Assembly (NCBI GenBank): GCA_964646415.1
Contig: CAZYEL010000004.1
Location: 539-64,538, forward strand
Direction of reading: 5' to 3'
DNA: 64,000 nt
DNA from: an uncultured Candidatus Saccharibacteria bacterium
GTDB taxonomy: Bacteria; Patescibacteriota; Minisyncoccia; UBA6257; 2-01-FULL-56-20
The notes beneath the pieces were generated by a model. It did no database searches. It had not been told where the DNA came from and saw only the letters and a list, made by a program, of their open reading frames with translations. A program made the translations under genes and the position numbers. The first letter of the stretch is position 1. Each line of letters opens with the position of its first letter. This document shows positions 59,613-64,000 of the stretch, one piece after another.

Positions 59613-60527
59613 TTACCTCTGAATCTCTTCGTAGATATTGAGTATCCCCTTCACGGCATCCCCCGCCGAGATGTTGTTCTGCTTATAAAGCACGTCCGAG
59701 ACATCCCCCACCGCCCAGATGCGGGAGTGCAACGTGCGCTGCGTTTTGTGGTCCACCACAATTTCGCCAAACTTGTTGAGCTCCACTAAATCTTTTACAA
59801 ACTCCGAATTCGGCACCGCGCCGATTTCGACAAACACTCCTTCGACCGCAAGCTCTTTCGCTTCTCCGCTTTTCACATCCGTATACTTCAATCCTTTCAC
59901 AAATGCATCGCCCGTAATCTCCCGCACCTGCACATTAGTGAGCATCGAAAACTTCTCGCTCTTTTGTATCCGCTCAAGCGTCACAGGGTCGCCTTTCGGC
60001 TGCTCCCCCCGCTCGAGAAGATAAATCTTCGCGGCGTACGGGAGCAAATCCCCCACCGCTTCAAGCCCGGAGTTTCCTCCACCCACCACCGCAACCGTTT
60101 TCCCTTTGAAAAGCGGGGCGTCGCACGTGGAGCAATATGCCACACCCTTCCCGTCGAATCTCTCTTCGCCCGGCACATTCAACTTCTTCCGGCGGCTCCC
60201 CGAAGCGATAAAAAGAAACTTCGCTTCGAGCGTTTTCCCATTTTTCGTATTCACCACAAACGAATCCCCTTTGTCGCTTACCGCAGTTACCGTGTCGCCA
60301 TCTACAATCTCTATATCCTCCTGCGCGCGAAGGTGCTCCTCAAGCATTTTCCCCAAGTCAAACCCAGACACGGACTTCGTGCCCACCCAGTTCTGGACAT
60401 CAGTCGAAACGAGCGACTGCCCGCCAAACGTGTCGGTGACGAGCACCGATTTTATTTTCTTTCGCGCGGCGTAAATCCCTGCGGCTACGCCGCCCGGACC
60501 GCCTCCCACAATCAGTAAATCAAACAT
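59613..60527 (-). CDS. trxB: Thioredoxin reductase / AhpF-C-like oxidoreductase
   Basis: GGGPGG, YCSTCD, GGGNSG, AVGD. Confidence 0.85.
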   Translation of the reverse strand: MFDLLIVGGGPGGVAAGIYAARKKIKSVLVTDTFGGQSLVSTDVQNWVGTKSVSGFDLGKMLEEHLRAQEDIEIVDGDTVTAVSDKGDSFVVNTKNGKTLEAKFLFIASGSRRKKLNVPGEERFDGKGVAYCSTCDAPLFKGKTVAVVGGGNSGLEAVGDLLPYAAKIYLLERGEQPKGDPVTLERIQKSEKFSMLTNVQVREITGDAFVKGLKYTDVKSGEAKELAVEGVFVEIGAVPNSEFVKDLVELNKFGEIVVDHKTQRTLHSRIWAVGDVSDVLYKQNNISAGDAVKGILNIYEEIQR

Positions 60528-60609
60528 GAGGGTATAGGGTATAGGGTATAGAAAACACTCAACGAGCGCAACGGCTACGCCCTAGACCCTAGCCCCTAAA
60601 CCCTAGCCC

Positions 60610-60843
60610 CTACTGAATTTTTAACGCCTTCGCCAGCCCCGCCCGGTCGAATCCCACAAAAATCTCGCCATCCACGTCAATCACCGGAACACCCAGCTGG
60701 TGAGACTTCGCCACCATCTCCCCCCGCGCCTTCTCATCCTCCGCCACGTTGAATTCCTGGAATGTGACGCTGTTCTTCGTAAAAAATTCCTTCGCCATCT
60801 TGCAGTAAATGCAGGAGGGGGTGCTGTAAATGGTTACGTTCAT
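60610..60843 (-). CDS. Glutaredoxin / NrdH-like redoxin
   Basis: CIYC, GVPVI, VGFD. Confidence 0.88.
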   Translation of the reverse strand: MNVTIYSTPSCIYCKMAKEFFTKNSVTFQEFNVAEDEKARGEMVAKSHQLGVPVIDVDGEIFVGFDRAGLAKALKIQ

Positions 60844-60848
60844 GGGAG

Positions 60849-60952
60849 TAATCGCGAATAACGCGAATTTGGATTTAATAATGCGAATCTATTTATGGTG
60901 AGCTCGTCGAACCATTTGCGTTATTTGCCTATATTAGCATTATTAGCGATTA
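60849..60952. repeat. AT-rich imperfect palindrome with a nested REP-like hairpin
   Basis: TAATCGCGAATAACGCGAAT ... ATTAGCATTATTAGCGATTA enclosing ATGGTGAGCTCGTCGAACCAT. Confidence 0.6.
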
Positions 60953-61662
60953 CTCTTCAATGCCGCCTCAATCGCATCCGCGACGCGCGTATCATTCGGC
61001 GCAAGCCCGCGAATCTCCACGCCGTTCACGAACGTCGTGGGCGTCGCGTTCACCCCCGCTTCCCTTCCCTTCGCCGTTTCTTCCGTGACGGCCGCCGCAT
61101 TCTTCCGGTCCTGAATGCATGCCGTAAATGCTTTTTCATCAAGCTTCAATTCTTTCGCCAGACGCACGAACAATGCTTCGTTCAAATTCCCATTGTGCTC
61201 CTTCCCGTCGGCAATTTCCGCGCGGTATAAGCTGTCATGATATGCCCAAAATTGCCCCTGGTCCCGCGCGCACTCCGCCGCTTCCCCCGCCGCAAGCGAT
61301 TCGGGCCCCAAAAACTGGAAATTGCGGAATATAAGCTGCGCCTTCCCTGTCTTTACATACTTCTCGCGAATCGCCGGCTCAATATCGCTGAAGAACGTCC
61401 CGCAGAAAGGGCACTGGTAATCGCCATACTCAACCACCGTTACCGGCGCATCCTTGCTCCCAAGTATCGCATCGCCTTCCATCGCCTTAAGAAACGCTGC
61501 AGTAGCGGGAACACCTCCCGCCGCAGGACCGGGGGCAGGAACATTCTTCGCGCCCAGCACGTAGATGATGGAACCCGCGATCAAAATGCCCGCAACAAGA
61601 ATGCTCGCGGGGAGGAGCAGGTCGCGCGACGGAACCGAAGCGGTGCCGGATTGTTCGTCCAT
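60943..61662 (-). CDS. DsbA-family oxidoreductase
   Basis: TM anchor, DYQCPFC, GVNATPT. Confidence 0.88.
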   Translation of the reverse strand: MDEQSGTASVPSRDLLLPASILVAGILIAGSIIYVLGAKNVPAPGPAAGGVPATAAFLKAMEGDAILGSKDAPVTVVEYGDYQCPFCGTFFSDIEPAIREKYVKTGKAQLIFRNFQFLGPESLAAGEAAECARDQGQFWAYHDSLYRAEIADGKEHNGNLNEALFVRLAKELKLDEKAFTACIQDRKNAAAVTEETAKGREAGVNATPTTFVNGVEIRGLAPNDTRVADAIEAALKSNR

Positions 61663-61715
61663 GCGAGTATAGTAGCAATCGGAAGAAGCGGGGTCAACCC
61701 CGTGAGAAGGCGCAT

Positions 61716-62375
61716 TCACAAAGGCCGTGCAGCCTCCGCGAGCGCATAGTCCCTCGGGAACAACTTCCGGCATATCGCAAAAATTGAATAGGTGATAAAC
61801 GGCGCGGAAAAAACATCGATGGAGTAATGAATATGCGCGAGAAGCACCGCGATTCCGAACATCAAGGCTGAAGCAAGAAAAAACAGGCGCCATGGCCGTT
61901 CACGCCAGAACACGAGCGCGAGGAGAAAAGGAAGACCGGTGTGTCCCGAAAAAAAGAAGTTTCCCTGGAACGTGAAAAGGTCGTAGAGACGAACGCCGAT
62001 ACCGTCGTCAAGCGGAATCTGTTCCGGATACACGCCGATGTGCGTGAGGCTCACAAAAAAAGAGCGAAATATCACGAAAAGCGCGATGGCTTTAACGCCG
62101 AAGAGAAGGGACTGCGGACGCGCGGCAAGCAATACCACGACCGCCGCCCAGAACAGAAGCGCCCCCTGTACTACGAGAAAATCGATATCGAGCGGCGGGA
62201 TATTATCCAAAAAAAGATCGCCCACGAAATTCGAAAGCGCGGCGCTTTTTGCCGAGTAACGCCCTGCCTGCACATGGAGCAAAAGACTCACGCCAAGCAA
62301 GAAGAGCCCAACATAGAGCGACCGCCGCCGGTCACTGTTCCAAAAGTCCCGATGGTGGGAAAGAAATTTCCGCAT
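61716..62375 (-). CDS. PAP2-like membrane protein (sphingomyelin-synthase-type C-terminus)
   Basis: FFSGHT and HIHYSIDV motifs. Confidence 0.72.
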   Translation of the reverse strand: MRKFLSHHRDFWNSDRRRSLYVGLFLLGVSLLLHVQAGRYSAKSAALSNFVGDLFLDNIPPLDIDFLVVQGALLFWAAVVVLLAARPQSLLFGVKAIALFVIFRSFFVSLTHIGVYPEQIPLDDGIGVRLYDLFTFQGNFFFSGHTGLPFLLALVFWRERPWRLFFLASALMFGIAVLLAHIHYSIDVFSAPFITYSIFAICRKLFPRDYALAEAARPL

Positions 62376-62400
62376 TACCCTCACATTCTACCAAATGCGC

Positions 62401-62498
62401 AATGCTAATATACTAATGCATGCTAATTATGCGAATAGGCAGTAATGCTCCAGATTCGTATTATTGGTATTATTAATAGGCATTTGTATATTGGTATC
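62401..62498. repeat. AT-rich imperfect palindromic miniature element
   Basis: Second copy of the 57781-57864 family, in opposite orientation. Confidence 0.7.
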
Positions 62499-62506
62499 AT
62501 CATTCA

Positions 62507-63109
62507 ATGGACCTCGGCGGCTTCGACCTCACCACACAGTGGATTCTCTCGCACGGATACGTCTTCATGTTCTTCGGCATGCTGGTGTGGGGGCCTCCCG
62601 TCACCGCCGCAGGGGCATTCGGCGCGGCGCTCGGTTACTTTAACCTCTGGATAGTGTTCGCACTCTCGCTCATCACGAATCTCCTCGGAGACGTGATATT
62701 CTACGCAATCGGCTATTGGGGGCGGCAGGAGTTCGTCATAAACTACGGGAAATACATCAGCATCACGAAAGCGCGCCTCCGCATTTTTGAAAAAATCGCG
62801 GAGGAGCATATCGGGAAATCGATGACCATTGCGAAGCTTGTCCCGCTCCTCGCGCTCCCCGGGCTCGTGATGATGGGAATAACCCGAGTGCCCATGAAAA
62901 TCTATGTCTGGTGGGCGGTTGTCATCGCCATCCCCAGTTCGCTCGTGTATCTCCTCCTTGGATATTATTTCGGCGCAGTATACGACACGGTTGAGCGGTA
63001 TCTTCATTTCGGCGGCGCGGTCATCGCAGCACTCATCGTCATTTTCGCGGTGGGCGCGCACGTCTCCCGCCGCATTTCACAGCGGATGGAAGAAAAAGCG
63101 CGGGAGTAA
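62507..63109 (+). CDS. DedA/VTT-family membrane protein
   Basis: LGDVIFYAIGYWG, AKLVP, LGYYFG. Confidence 0.8.
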   Translation: MDLGGFDLTTQWILSHGYVFMFFGMLVWGPPVTAAGAFGAALGYFNLWIVFALSLITNLLGDVIFYAIGYWGRQEFVINYGKYISITKARLRIFEKIAEEHIGKSMTIAKLVPLLALPGLVMMGITRVPMKIYVWWAVVIAIPSSLVYLLLGYYFGAVYDTVERYLHFGGAVIAALIVIFAVGAHVSRRISQRMEEKARE

Positions 63110-63120
63110 TCGCAAATACT

Positions 63121-64000
63121 ATGCGCATTGCCGTTTTCTCGGATAATTTTTACCCCGAACTCTCGGGCATCAGCGACTCCATCATCACGACCGCCCGGGA
63201 ACTCGCGGAACGGGGACACGCCATCCGTTTCTTCGCGCCCAAATACGCCCCGCGCGACTACCGCAAAGTGGGGCTGCCCCTTGAAGAACAAAATCTTCAC
63301 GAACGGATTTCAGTAACGCGCTTCTCGTCTTTTCCGTACGGGGGACCAAGCGGACAAGCGCGGATTGTGATTCCCACGGGACTCCGCACATATCTGGTAC
63401 GGCAATTCAAACCCGACATTATCCACGCCCATATGATTTTCGGCGTAGGGTTCGAGGGACTCATCGCGTCGCGAGTGCTGCAATGCCCGTTCATCGGCAC
63501 CAACCACACTCCGCTCACCGAATTTATGAAATACAGCCCGGTGCGGAGCAAGTGGTTCACCTCTCTTCTCCTTTCTTATAACAGCTGGTACTACAACCGA
63601 TGCGCCTTCGTATCATCCCCCGCATCGGAAATTTTTGAGGAAATGGGGCGCTACGGCTTCCATGCGCCGCACGCGGTGGTTTCAAATCCCATTGACTGCT
63701 CTCTTTTCCATCCTATGGATGGAGACCGGGCAACGCTCAAGCGGGAATTCGGGCTCTCACCGTTCACCATTCTTTATGCCGGGCGTCTTGCTCCGGAAAA
63801 ACGCATCGATAACCTTCTCGATGCCTTCGCAGCATGCGCGAAGAATCTCCCCGGCGCCACGGTAGCTATCGTGGGAAAAGGACCATCGGAGGCAATGCTC
63901 CGTGCGCACGCCGAGAAGCTGGGCATCGGGGACAGGGTGCGGTTCCTCGGCTTCCTTAAAAATGCCGAGGTGCTCGCGCGCGCGTACCGCGCGAGCGAGG
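63121..64000 (+). CDS. GT4 glycosyltransferase (runs off the window end)
   Basis: Read directly: MRIAVFSDNFYPELSG ... PDIIHAH ... GTNHT ... YAGRLAPEKRI. Confidence 0.88.
   Translation, partial: MRIAVFSDNFYPELSGISDSIITTARELAERGHAIRFFAPKYAPRDYRKVGLPLEEQNLHERISVTRFSSFPYGGPSGQARIVIPTGLRTYLVRQFKPDIIHAHMIFGVGFEGLIASRVLQCPFIGTNHTPLTEFMKYSPVRSKWFTSLLLSYNSWYYNRCAFVSSPASEIFEEMGRYGFHAPHAVVSNPIDCSLFHPMDGDRATLKREFGLSPFTILYAGRLAPEKRIDNLLDAFAACAKNLPGATVAIVGKGPSEAMLRAHAEKLGIGDRVRFLGFLKNAEVLARAYRASE

Overview
A 64-kb bacterial chromosome segment, most likely from a Patescibacteria/CPR (Parcubacteria-like) genome. This is inferred from compact genes, many apparently leaderless starts, an archaeal-type PyrH, a PIF1 helicase and characteristic intergenic repeats. 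Housekeeping blocks (gyrB-secE-nusG-rpsR; pgsA-pyrH-htpX-lemA; argH-pyrD/F/E-folA-thyA; groESL with CIRCE; trxB-grx-dsbA) flank a long accessory stretch. Highlights: (1) An unannotated 18-aa Met-rich leader peptide (MIARNSMMMRMMTPAHGG, 29055-29111, minus) has its own promoter and mutually exclusive antiterminator/terminator hairpins. It lies directly upstream of a SAM hydroxide adenosyltransferase (DUF62)-like gene, so it is a candidate methionine-sensing ribosomal attenuator. (2) An ABC ATPase gene is split by an 814-bp serine-recombinase-derived mini-element. Precise excision at a GTG core would restore the gene, and the element carries a highly structured non-coding segment. (3) A restriction islet appears to have swapped a DpnII/Sau3AI-like GATC system for DpnI. 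It is bounded by a diverged duplicate of the 3' end of an S66 peptidase gene. (4) Stacked recombinase/att scars lie next to tRNA-Ser(GGA). (5) A T-box riboswitch sits in front of a decayed aminotransferase. All protein calls are by motif recognition only; no database searches were run.
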